DNA from: an uncultured Gammaproteobacteria bacterium
Lineage (GTDB): Bacteria; Patescibacteriota; Microgenomatia; CAYXHB01; CAZYTL01
DNA length: 64,000 bases
Direction: 5' to 3'
NCBI GenBank assembly: GCA_964650355.1
Contig: CAZYTL010000002.1
Span: forward strand, 6,964 to 70,963
Shown here: piece by piece, positions 9,147 to 17,418 of the stretch
Position numbering within the stretch: position 1 is the stretch's first letter
How the letters are laid out: every line of letters starts with the position of its first letter
Program-made: the position numbers and the translations under genes
The notes under the pieces: model-generated
Told to the model about the DNA's origin: nothing
Database searches by the model: none
The model's input: only the letters and a program-made list of their open reading frames with translations

Positions 9147-11711
9147 ATGGAGTTGAAAGTAACTTCGGGTGCAAAGAGGTTGATCACCTTGGCTTACCGA
9201 TTGCCTTTGATGTATCTGAATTTAGCTAAGAATTTGCCGTTGGCGATCATGGAGATTTTCGGGCTAAAGGTGCACTTAAGATATTTGTTGGTGCCCATGT
9301 TCCATGATGTGACTTGGGTGGGCAGAGGATTGTCTTTGTTTTTCCGATTGGCGATTTTGTTCAGCGGTTCTCTGCTCTGGTTACTCGTCACGGTGGCGAC
9401 TTGGTTCTTGATACCGGCTTTGATAGTGATGCCGGTGTTGGGAGTGGTACATAATCCTAATTGGTTGGTGATTTGGCTGGTGGTTTTGTTGTTAATAGTT
9501 GCCTGGCGGTTGAGCAGTAAACAACCGAACGGAAAGCTAAAATCCTCTTATAAACCTGACGACGTGCTCCTGGCATTGCCAAGAAATTTAAGTGCTCTGG
9601 TGGCTGGTTATCCCGGAAATCCCGGAAACTGGTGGTCGGACAGACAGGTGCAATTGTGGATGAGCAGAATGGAGATTAACCTGGCTGAATGGGGGAATAA
9701 TGTGGGTTTTTTGAATGAGACGAGTCAGAACGAAAAATTGACCAGAGAAATTTATAATTTAAGCCAGCAATTGGGAACTGATTACCCTGAAATCGGGGAG
9801 GTGATGTGGGCTCTGACTAACGTTGATCAAGCTATTCGAGAGGCATTGGACCAGCGGAACGTAGAGCAAGAAAATGTGGAGGAGTTGGCTAAATGGTTGA
9901 GGAGAGAGATCGGATGGTTTAGGCATTACGCTTTGTGGGACGATCGCTATGAAATCAAGGAACTAGCTGGATTTAATCGGGCAATGACTGGCACGGCAAC
10001 CCCAATTTTAGATGCTTATAGTTTTGATTTAACTATTAATGCCCATAAACTACCCGAGGCAGTTGATAGAGAAGATGCTTATGAATCAGTACTGAAAGTT
10101 TTAAGTAAGAAGGGTAATAACCATGTGATGATCATTGGGGAAACCGGCTGTGGAAAGTCTACGTTTGTGGGAGGTTTGGCTCAATTAATTATGATGGGTA
10201 ATGCTCCTGAACAAATAGCAGATAAAAGGCTGGTCAAATTAGAACCGGGTAGGTTATTAGCAGGAACAAGAACTCAAGGAGAGTTAGCCAACCGGCTATT
10301 GGGGGCAGTCGAAGACATAAAGAAATCAGAAAATATTATTTTATTCATTGACGAGATTCATACTTTGCTAACGGCAGATGAGACTTCAGGAGGATTGAAT
10401 ATGTATTCAGTGTTGGAAGAAGCTTTGTTTAGTAAAGAAATTCAGGTGATCGGAGCGACTTCGATTGAGAATTATAAAAGATATATAGAACCAAACGATG
10501 CGTTCACTAGGTTGTTTGAAGTAGTGAAACTTGATGAACCGGACGATCAGCAAGCATTGATTATCTTAGAAAACGTATCATCAGGACTGGAAGCTCTTCA
10601 CGGTGTGACAATTAGCATGCCGGCTTTGAAAGCAGCCATTGAGCTGTCCAAAAGATACATTCATGACCGGGTGTTGCCAGACAAAGCCAGGTCTCTGTTG
10701 GATGCAGCCTGTATCGACGCTAAAGGGAACGATCTGATTGTCCACTCTGAAGATGTGGCCAAAGTGGTTACCAGGTGGACAGGGGTACCTGTTACCACTC
10801 TGGGTGAGGAGGAGAAAACCAAATTGATCAATTTGGAACAGGAACTGCATCAACGTTATGTAGATCAGGAGGTGGCAGTGAAAGCGGTCGCGGATGCCCT
10901 GCGCAGAGCTCGGCTTGATATTAGAGAACAAAACCGGCCGATAGGGACTTTCATGTTTGTAGGACCTACAGGAGTAGGTAAAACAGAACTGGCCAGACGG
11001 TTATCTGAGATTTATTTCGGCAGCGAATCGGCCATGATTCGGTTGGACATGGGTGAGTTTGGCAGCCTGGAGATGATTCGCAGACTGATTGGCGCTGCTC
11101 CTGGGGAACCGGGATATGGCGAAGGTGGTGAATTAACTGAAAAAGTGAGAAGACAGCCTTCGGCTTTGTTGTTATTAGATGAAATTGAAAAGGCTCATCC
11201 TAAGGTGTGGGATTTGTTGTTACAGGTGATTGACGAAGGTAGATTAGCGGATGCGGCGGGTTTACAAGTAGATTTTACCAACACTATTATTATTACGACC
11301 AGCAATGCGGTGACTGGTTATATTAGCGAACAACTTAAAGCTGGTAAGGAACTGGAGAGTATTAAAGATCGGGTGTTTGATGAGTTGTTAAAAACTTTTA
11401 AGATTGAATTTTTAAACCGCTTTGACGGGATTATTCCTTTTGGGCCTTTGAGTGAGCAAGATATGGAGCAAGTGGTGCGGATTCAATTGGAGCGATTAAC
11501 AGAGAGATTAGAGGAAAAGAAGGTGCAAATTAAATATACGCCAGAGCTAATTCATCAACTGGCAGTTCAAGGAACTGATCCTCGCTTGGGAGCCCGACCG
11601 TTGAGAAGATTAATTCAAGATAAGTTGGAATCGCAATTGGCCAAGATATTGTTGAACCGGGAGAAAGAGAAGGAAATTTCGGTGACCTTGGATGAAAAAA
11701 TTTTGGCTTAA
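9147..11711 (+). CDS. Membrane-anchored Clp/Hsp100-family AAA+ ATPase with two nucleotide-binding domains
   Basis: The N-terminal ~150 aa contain about 3 predicted TM helices. D1 carries GETGCGKST and ILFIDEIH. D2 carries GPTGVGKTELARRL and LLLDEIEKAH, and a C-terminal GARPLRRLIQ sensor. The start is uncertain (9081 or 9147). Confidence 0.8.
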   Translation: MELKVTSGAKRLITLAYRLPLMYLNLAKNLPLAIMEIFGLKVHLRYLLVPMFHDVTWVGRGLSLFFRLAILFSGSLLWLLVTVATWFLIPALIVMPVLGVVHNPNWLVIWLVVLLLIVAWRLSSKQPNGKLKSSYKPDDVLLALPRNLSALVAGYPGNPGNWWSDRQVQLWMSRMEINLAEWGNNVGFLNETSQNEKLTREIYNLSQQLGTDYPEIGEVMWALTNVDQAIREALDQRNVEQENVEELAKWLRREIGWFRHYALWDDRYEIKELAGFNRAMTGTATPILDAYSFDLTINAHKLPEAVDREDAYESVLKVLSKKGNNHVMIIGETGCGKSTFVGGLAQLIMMGNAPEQIADKRLVKLEPGRLLAGTRTQGELANRLLGAVEDIKKSENIILFIDEIHTLLTADETSGGLNMYSVLEEALFSKEIQVIGATSIENYKRYIEPNDAFTRLFEVVKLDEPDDQQALIILENVSSGLEALHGVTISMPALKAAIELSKRYIHDRVLPDKARSLLDAACIDAKGNDLIVHSEDVAKVVTRWTGVPVTTLGEEEKTKLINLEQELHQRYVDQEVAVKAVADALRRARLDIREQNRPIGTFMFVGPTGVGKTELARRLSEIYFGSESAMIRLDMGEFGSLEMIRRLIGAAPGEPGYGEGGELTEKVRRQPSALLLLDEIEKAHPKVWDLLLQVIDEGRLADAAGLQVDFTNTIIITTSNAVTGYISEQLKAGKELESIKDRVFDELLKTFKIEFLNRFDGIIPFGPLSEQDMEQVVRIQLERLTERLEEKKVQIKYTPELIHQLAVQGTDPRLGARPLRRLIQDKLESQLAKILLNREKEKEISVTLDEKILA

Positions 11712-12175
11712 GAGGAGCGCAGTATTTTACCGGCTTTGGTAAAGAAGTGACGGGCTTTGGAAGCCGTATTTTTGAGTTGTTGAGAAACTGATGAGGATTC
11801 CGGTACAGTAGTTGGTGTTTTCCCCTCATTTTGAACATCTGGAGAAGTATTGTCTGGATTCGATTGAAGGACGGATTGAATTTGTTTAACTTCCTCGACG
11901 ACTTCTTCTTTAAGGCTTTGCGGATGATCCTCTATCTGACTGCTTAACTCGTCAAGAATTTCCGGTAGTTGCTCGGCTACTTGTTTGGCCTTTTTTAACA
12001 GATCCTTTTTGATTTTTCCTCCTTGCTTGTGTGCAGAAAGATAGGCAATACCGGCGCCAATCACCGCGCCAGTGAGCACTCCTAAATAAAACTGCTGACG
12101 GTGAGGGGCCGGTTCAGAGGAAGGAGCCGTGGGAGTGGGTTTAGTCATGGGATGATGATTTGGACTTTTTCTCAA
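11708..12175 (-). CDS. YtxH-like membrane-anchored coiled-coil protein
   Basis: An N-terminal glycine-zipper TM (GVLTGAVIGAGIAYL) followed by charged coiled-coil sequence. 155 aa. Confidence 0.4.
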   Translation of the reverse strand: MRKSPNHHPMTKPTPTAPSSEPAPHRQQFYLGVLTGAVIGAGIAYLSAHKQGGKIKKDLLKKAKQVAEQLPEILDELSSQIEDHPQSLKEEVVEEVKQIQSVLQSNPDNTSPDVQNEGKTPTTVPESSSVSQQLKNTASKARHFFTKAGKILRSS

Positions 12176-12422
12176 ATTTTGAAGTAAACAAATTGATGAG
12201 TTTAGCTCCGTCTTTCAGGCCGGTGAGAAAACCGGAAAAAGACACCACGGGCTCGGCCACCGATTGAGAAATCCGGTTGGCATCATCCAAGATTTGGTTG
12301 ATTTTAGTAATAGTTTCCTTTAATTCCTGGAGAATGAGCACAATTTGGTAGCCAATGATGATAAACAGAGCAGTGAGGCTAATGGCGATGATGATACCGA
12401 TGAGTTGGGTGATAGTAAGCAT
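12141..12422 (-). CDS. DUF948-like small membrane protein
   Basis: N-terminal TM (LIGIIIAISLTALFIIIGY) plus a helical tail. 93 aa. It overlaps the downstream gene by about 35 nt. Confidence 0.4.
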   Translation of the reverse strand: MLTITQLIGIIIAISLTALFIIIGYQIVLILQELKETITKINQILDDANRISQSVAEPVVSFSGFLTGLKDGAKLINLFTSKFEKKSKSSSHD

Positions 12423-12620
12423 AAAAGTATATTGGTCTATTGTTTCTCTATTATGTTTATTCTAATTTAACCAATCTATCCAGTAAGAGCAAGGGGTGGT
12501 AGTAAAACCAAGTTCTAATTTGCCAGATGACGAAAGACTGTGTAACTCCTGTTGCTAATGATTTAATTTAATCTGTTTTGCTGTTGACAATTATTGATTG
12601 ATAATTGGAACTTATCAGAG

Positions 12621-13262
12621 TTATTCCTTCAATCTCACCTCAATATGCCTGACCAACGTGGTGGTGTATCCGCGGTTGTTGGTAGCTTCGACAGTAACGG
12701 TGGCAGAGCCGGCAGGTAAGTTTAATTGGCTGGAAAAACTCCCGTCGGCGTTGACAACCACTAACTGACGGTTAACCGATACCACGGCCGAAGGATCAGC
12801 ACTGCCGGTTACTGAAATGTCAGGTCCTAAGACAATTTCCCCTTCCGCCGGAACCAGCACTTCCAATTTAGGCTGAATCAGGCTCTGATATTGAGAGGCG
12901 ATAAAGCCGACAAAAATTAACACTAGGATGGCAATGACTGCTGCCAAAGTAGCTTTAGGGGTCCAGAGAAAGCGACGGTCTGACAAAGGTTTGATCATGC
13001 TTCGAGGAACGATTTGTCCTTGATCATCTTCAGTAAAATCCCGGCGAAATATTGACAAGATGGTTTTAACAGGCAGATTTAAATACTGGGCGTAGTTTTT
13101 GATAAATCCCTTGGCATAGGTACCTGAAGGCAGTAGATGGTATTGATCGTTTTCCAAGGCTTTCAGATATTTAACCCTTATTTTAGTGGCCTTTTCCACA
13201 TCAACCAGGGTGATGGCCTTTTTTTCTCTGGCGGACTTAAGTAATTGACCGGCGGTTTTCAT
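12621..13262 (-). CDS. rodZ: Cytoskeleton protein RodZ-like (XRE-type HTH, TM, C-terminal beta domain)
   Basis: N-terminal HTH (AITLVDVEKATKIRVKYLKALE), a single TM helix and a C-terminal DUF4115-like domain. Confidence 0.7.
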   Translation of the reverse strand: MKTAGQLLKSAREKKAITLVDVEKATKIRVKYLKALENDQYHLLPSGTYAKGFIKNYAQYLNLPVKTILSIFRRDFTEDDQGQIVPRSMIKPLSDRRFLWTPKATLAAVIAILVLIFVGFIASQYQSLIQPKLEVLVPAEGEIVLGPDISVTGSADPSAVVSVNRQLVVVNADGSFSSQLNLPAGSATVTVEATNNRGYTTTLVRHIEVRLKE

Positions 13263-13395
13263 AGCTCAGAGTTGGTAAGATAAAAATTTCTAGAGGCGTC
13301 GTTGATTAATGCGAATGTGTATAGACTGATTTTACCAAAGATGTGGAGGCAGCTTTTGTTTAACCAGGATGAACCGTTTACACTTCAGGAACGGA

Positions 13396-15588
13396 TTAAC
13401 TTGTTGAAGCTTTCCCAGCTATATATTCTGAGATGGCTCCCATGCGCACTTCTCTGGGTTTGGAACCGTCTGCAGGACCGACTAAGCCGGCGGCTTCCAT
13501 CTGATCTAAAATTCTGGCTGCTCGGGCATAGCCGATAGATAATTTACGCTGGAGAAGAGAGGCGGAGGCATTGTCGGAAGTCATTAACCTGACTGCCTGG
13601 TCGAAAAGTTCATCCCTGTCCTCTTCACTCGGGGTACCGGCACCTCTACCCATACCAGAAGTGATTTTGCCCGTAGGAGTAGTGGTGACTTCTTCGGTGT
13701 ATTCCACGGGAACACCCTGGCTCTTGTGGAAATCGATCAAGCGGCGAATTTCATTGTCAGAAATAAAGGTCCCTTGAACCCGGGAAGGCTTGGCTTGATC
13801 CGGGGGAAGAAAGAGCATATCTCCCTGGCCCAGGAGTTTCTCTGCTCCCGGAGTATCCAGAACTACCCGGGAATCAGTCATGGAAGAAACCGCAAAAGCA
13901 ATTCGGGCTGGGATATTGGCCTTGATCAGTCCGGTTAGTACGTCAACCGAAGGTCTTTGGGTGGCAATTACCAGATGAATGCCGGTGGCCCTGGCCATTT
14001 GGGCGATGCGACAGATGAGATCTTCTACTTCGGAAGGGGCAAACATGATAATATCCGCCAATTCGTCGATGACTATCACGATGTAGGGGAGGGCTTGGAA
14101 TCCGGATACTTCATTGTATGCTTCCAAGTTCCTGGCTCCTACTTCGGAGAACAGTTTATAACGTCTTTCCATTTCTTGAGTGGACCACTTGAGAGCAGAG
14201 ATGACTTTTTTAGGATCAACAATCACCGGGGTTAGCAGATGAGCAACACCGTTGTAGCGAGTCAATTCTACCCGCTTAGGGTCGACAAGGATGAATTTAA
14301 CTTCAACGGGAGAGGCCCGGAATAGAATTGTGGCAATAAAGGCATTAATGCACACTGATTTGCCACTGCCGGTTGCGCCGGCGATGAGTAAATGAGGCAT
14401 GCGGGGGAGATTAAAGCTGACCGGATTGCCAGCTACATCTAATCCCAGACCAAAGGTGAGTTTGGATTTAGCCTGTTGCATGGCTTCGGACTGCAGAATC
14501 TGGCGTAATCCTACAAATTCTGGCGATAAATTCGGCAATTCTATCCCCACTAAGGAACGGCCGGGAATAGGCGCTTCGACCCGAATCTGGCCCGTGCGAG
14601 CGGCGAGAGCCAGAGCCAGATCAGAATTTAAGGCGGTGATTTTGGATAATTTGGTACCCAGGGCGACTTCCAAAGCGTATTGGGTGACTGCCGGACCGCG
14701 GTTGACTTCAATAACCTTGGCATTAATGTTAAAAGATTCCAGGGTTCGTTCAATAACCGAGGCGTTCTTTTTGATGTCTCCCCGATCCGCCTTACCAGAG
14801 ATATGCTCATCCAGGAGGGAAAGGGGAGGCAGTTCCCAAATTTGGTTGGTGGGATGAAGATTCATAGTAGGGGAGAGGTCGTCACTGTCTACCGGTGGCT
14901 GATCCGGAACAGGGGTTGGAGCAGTAGAAGAGGCGGATGCGGCACCTGAAGCAGCAGGCTGGTCGGTAGTCCCGGACTCCGGATATTGTCCGCCCTTAAT
15001 AATTAACTCACGCTCTGACGAAGATTTATCAGTAGCTAATTCCTGGTTTTGACCGGTAATGATCATTAAGGTTTTGCGCAGTTGATGAAGAACTTTCATC
15101 AAAGCCAGCACTACTTGATCAAGAGCCAAGTTGAACAAAACCATGGCGCCAATAATTAAAGAACTGAAGAGGAGTAATAAAGTACCGGGAGTAGTGACTA
15201 CTAAAGCCAGGCTTTGCCAGATTTCCGTGCCGACACTGCCTGCTCGGGTTAACCCAGCAAAAGAGATGATTACCAGAATGGTACCTACCAGCACATGAGG
15301 CCGGGTAATCGGCAAGGAGTAGTTGGCCAAGATTAAGCCGATGACAAAGATGAGAAAGGGTAGAAAAATCGCTGTCCACCCTAAATACTGTTGGAGAAGC
15401 TGGTTTAGATGCAAGAGCTGGGAGGTTTGACCGGTGAAGGAGATAGCTATCACCCCGGCAACAACTAGAGTAGCCAAGGCGGCAATGCTCTGGAGGGTGC
15501 CTTTTTTAAGCTTAAGCTTGAAGCTGCGGCGATTTAAGCCAGAGCGCTTGCGCCGTCGACTGACTGAACGTTTTTTCTTTTTAGCCAT
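13396..15588 (-). CDS. ftsK: DNA translocase FtsK/SpoIIIE
   Basis: 730 aa. Basic N-terminus, about 4 TM helices, a low-complexity linker and a motor domain (GATGSGKSVCIN, VIVIDELADI, ATQRPSVDV), plus a C-terminal gamma-like winged helix. Confidence 0.9.
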   Translation of the reverse strand: MAKKKKRSVSRRRKRSGLNRRSFKLKLKKGTLQSIAALATLVVAGVIAISFTGQTSQLLHLNQLLQQYLGWTAIFLPFLIFVIGLILANYSLPITRPHVLVGTILVIISFAGLTRAGSVGTEIWQSLALVVTTPGTLLLLFSSLIIGAMVLFNLALDQVVLALMKVLHQLRKTLMIITGQNQELATDKSSSERELIIKGGQYPESGTTDQPAASGAASASSTAPTPVPDQPPVDSDDLSPTMNLHPTNQIWELPPLSLLDEHISGKADRGDIKKNASVIERTLESFNINAKVIEVNRGPAVTQYALEVALGTKLSKITALNSDLALALAARTGQIRVEAPIPGRSLVGIELPNLSPEFVGLRQILQSEAMQQAKSKLTFGLGLDVAGNPVSFNLPRMPHLLIAGATGSGKSVCINAFIATILFRASPVEVKFILVDPKRVELTRYNGVAHLLTPVIVDPKKVISALKWSTQEMERRYKLFSEVGARNLEAYNEVSGFQALPYIVIVIDELADIIMFAPSEVEDLICRIAQMARATGIHLVIATQRPSVDVLTGLIKANIPARIAFAVSSMTDSRVVLDTPGAEKLLGQGDMLFLPPDQAKPSRVQGTFISDNEIRRLIDFHKSQGVPVEYTEEVTTTPTGKITSGMGRGAGTPSEEDRDELFDQAVRLMTSDNASASLLQRKLSIGYARAARILDQMEAAGLVGPADGSKPREVRMGAISEYIAGKASTS

Positions 15589-15727
15589 AGACTAATGATT
15601 AGAAAGTAGAAACTAAGGTTAGTTCTCGTACCTCAACTATAGCACAGGCAGAGAAGTTACTTAAGGAAGAAATAATAGACGCTCTAAGTTAATGGTTTTT
15701 GACTTAAAGATTTCTCAGACTAGTTAC

Positions 15728-16210
15728 TCATGTCTGAGTGTTGGCCCTGACGGAGACGGTCTGGTATTGAGTAAGATGTTTGAGGACTATTTGATTTTTG
15801 ATGTTAACTCCCTTGGTTTGATCGCCGGCACCCATGCTCCAGGTTTCCAAAGCGAATGCATCTTTATCGATGAGAATCGGTAAGTCCAGTACGAGAGGAT
15901 TAATCCCGCCCGGGTGGTAACCAAACTTGTTTTCTAGAGTTTGTTTGTCTACAACGCTCCATTTACCCACTATTTGTTTAAGTTTTGACTGATCAATTCG
16001 ATCATCGCCTTTGAGGATCACTGCCTTGAATCCGTCTTTTGTAGAAATAACCAAGGTCTTTATAGCAGTGTGTGGATCATAATTATTATCAATTGAAGTG
16101 TCTCTGGTTCGGGCCGAAACTGCTATGTCGGTGAAGGTTATTTCTTCGAAGGGAATCCCTCGTTGTGTGAGATTTTGTTTGATGATATCAAACGTGACTT
16201 CAGCTCTCAT
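15728..16210 (-). CDS. YbaK/ProX-type aminoacyl-tRNA trans-editing deacylase
   Basis: 160 aa with the YbaK-domain signature (GYHPGGINPL) and overall length typical of Cys-tRNA(Pro)/Ala-tRNA(Pro) deacylases. Confidence 0.7.
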   Translation of the reverse strand: MRAEVTFDIIKQNLTQRGIPFEEITFTDIAVSARTRDTSIDNNYDPHTAIKTLVISTKDGFKAVILKGDDRIDQSKLKQIVGKWSVVDKQTLENKFGYHPGGINPLVLDLPILIDKDAFALETWSMGAGDQTKGVNIKNQIVLKHLTQYQTVSVRANTQT

Positions 16211-16329
16211 GATTAAGATGCTTCTTAAACTTTTTAGGTAAAAATTTTTGTTTGCCGACCATCACTAAGATAAATAGATATTACGCTGAACACGCGTCTA
16301 TAACGACATGAGGATACTCACTTTTGAGT

Positions 16330-17403
16330 TCAGTTTAGTGATTGTACATAATCTTTAAGTATCAAGCAATATGTTTCTAGGCTAGAAATATCTACCCATT
16401 CGTTGTCCGAGCCAATATTTCCGCCTTTTGGTCCAAATTCCACCCCTTCACAGTTAACTTTTATAAAATGTCTTACATCAGAAGATCCATGGGTCTTGTA
16501 AATGGTTACCTTATTATTGGTTATCTTTTTGGTTATTAGATGTAACTTCTTTAAATACTGATTATTTTTATCGACTGTGGTGGCAGGTTCGTCCACAACA
16601 ACTTTTACTTTGAAATCTTTGGGAACAAGTTCTTTAATTCTTTCTAAGATGGTATTGGCATCATTAGGAATAAAGCGAATGTCAAGCCACACAGTACAAT
16701 CATCCGGTATTTTATTAAACGAGTTGTTGTTGGTTTCAATTTTGCTTAGATTAACAGTAGTCTTCCATTGCTCTGAAATGGGTAAGGGAAAATTTTTTCT
16801 AAGAATGTTTAGAAATTTGTTCATTTTCCATAAAGCATTTTCTCCTCTCCAGAGGTATGCGCTGTGCGATGTCTTTCCGGAACAACTAACTTTTAAACAT
16901 AAAATTCCTTTAGCTTGATTAACAATGTTGAGATTCGTTGGTTCTCCCGTGATCACGAAATCTGCTCTAACTCCTTTATTTATCTGGTGTTTTGTGCCGT
17001 TAAATCCGCCAATTTGTTCGTCTGTTACCAGCTGTAAACCCAGAGGATAATTAACTTTATTAGCCATTTCCTTAAACACCATTATTAGGCAAGCGACACT
17101 GGCCTTCATATCTAGAGATCCAACACCAGATAATCTGTTCCTTTTTATGGTAGCTAGATATTGATGTTCCTTTCCTGGTATTACGTCAAGATGGCCATTC
17201 AGAATGAGCTTATACTTGTTTGAATTTATTTTTGGGCTATGGACCAAGACGCTTTTTATTCCTTGCTTTTCGAATCTTTCTACTTTAAATTCCCTTAGAT
17301 TTGATAGCGCAAGTTCCAGAATCTCATCCAATGCTGTTAAATTGTTAAAAGTAGATCTGATTGATATAAATTGTTTCGTTAAAGGTAAAATTTTGTCTAA
17401 CAT
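16330..17403 (-). CDS. M20 family metallohydrolase (ArgE/DapE/dipeptidase-like)
   Basis: 357 aa with the M20 metal-binding motifs GHLDVIP, GVGSLDMKAS and GEPT. The local GC content (about 35%) is clearly lower than that of the upstream gene. Confidence 0.8.
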   Translation of the reverse strand: MLDKILPLTKQFISIRSTFNNLTALDEILELALSNLREFKVERFEKQGIKSVLVHSPKINSNKYKLILNGHLDVIPGKEHQYLATIKRNRLSGVGSLDMKASVACLIMVFKEMANKVNYPLGLQLVTDEQIGGFNGTKHQINKGVRADFVITGEPTNLNIVNQAKGILCLKVSCSGKTSHSAYLWRGENALWKMNKFLNILRKNFPLPISEQWKTTVNLSKIETNNNSFNKIPDDCTVWLDIRFIPNDANTILERIKELVPKDFKVKVVVDEPATTVDKNNQYLKKLHLITKKITNNKVTIYKTHGSSDVRHFIKVNCEGVEFGPKGGNIGSDNEWVDISSLETYCLILKDYVQSLN

Positions 17404-17418
17404 AATTCTTGATTAATA

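Noticed and set aside
13571-15379. Plus- and minus-strand ORFs inside the ftsK coding region (13571..13777, 13726..13938, 13957..14235, 14399..14857, 14628..14810, 14680..14949, 15119..15379).
   Set aside because: They are fully embedded in a high-confidence 730-aa FtsK ORF. They have low-complexity or Arg-rich translations typical of out-of-frame or antisense reading of coding DNA.
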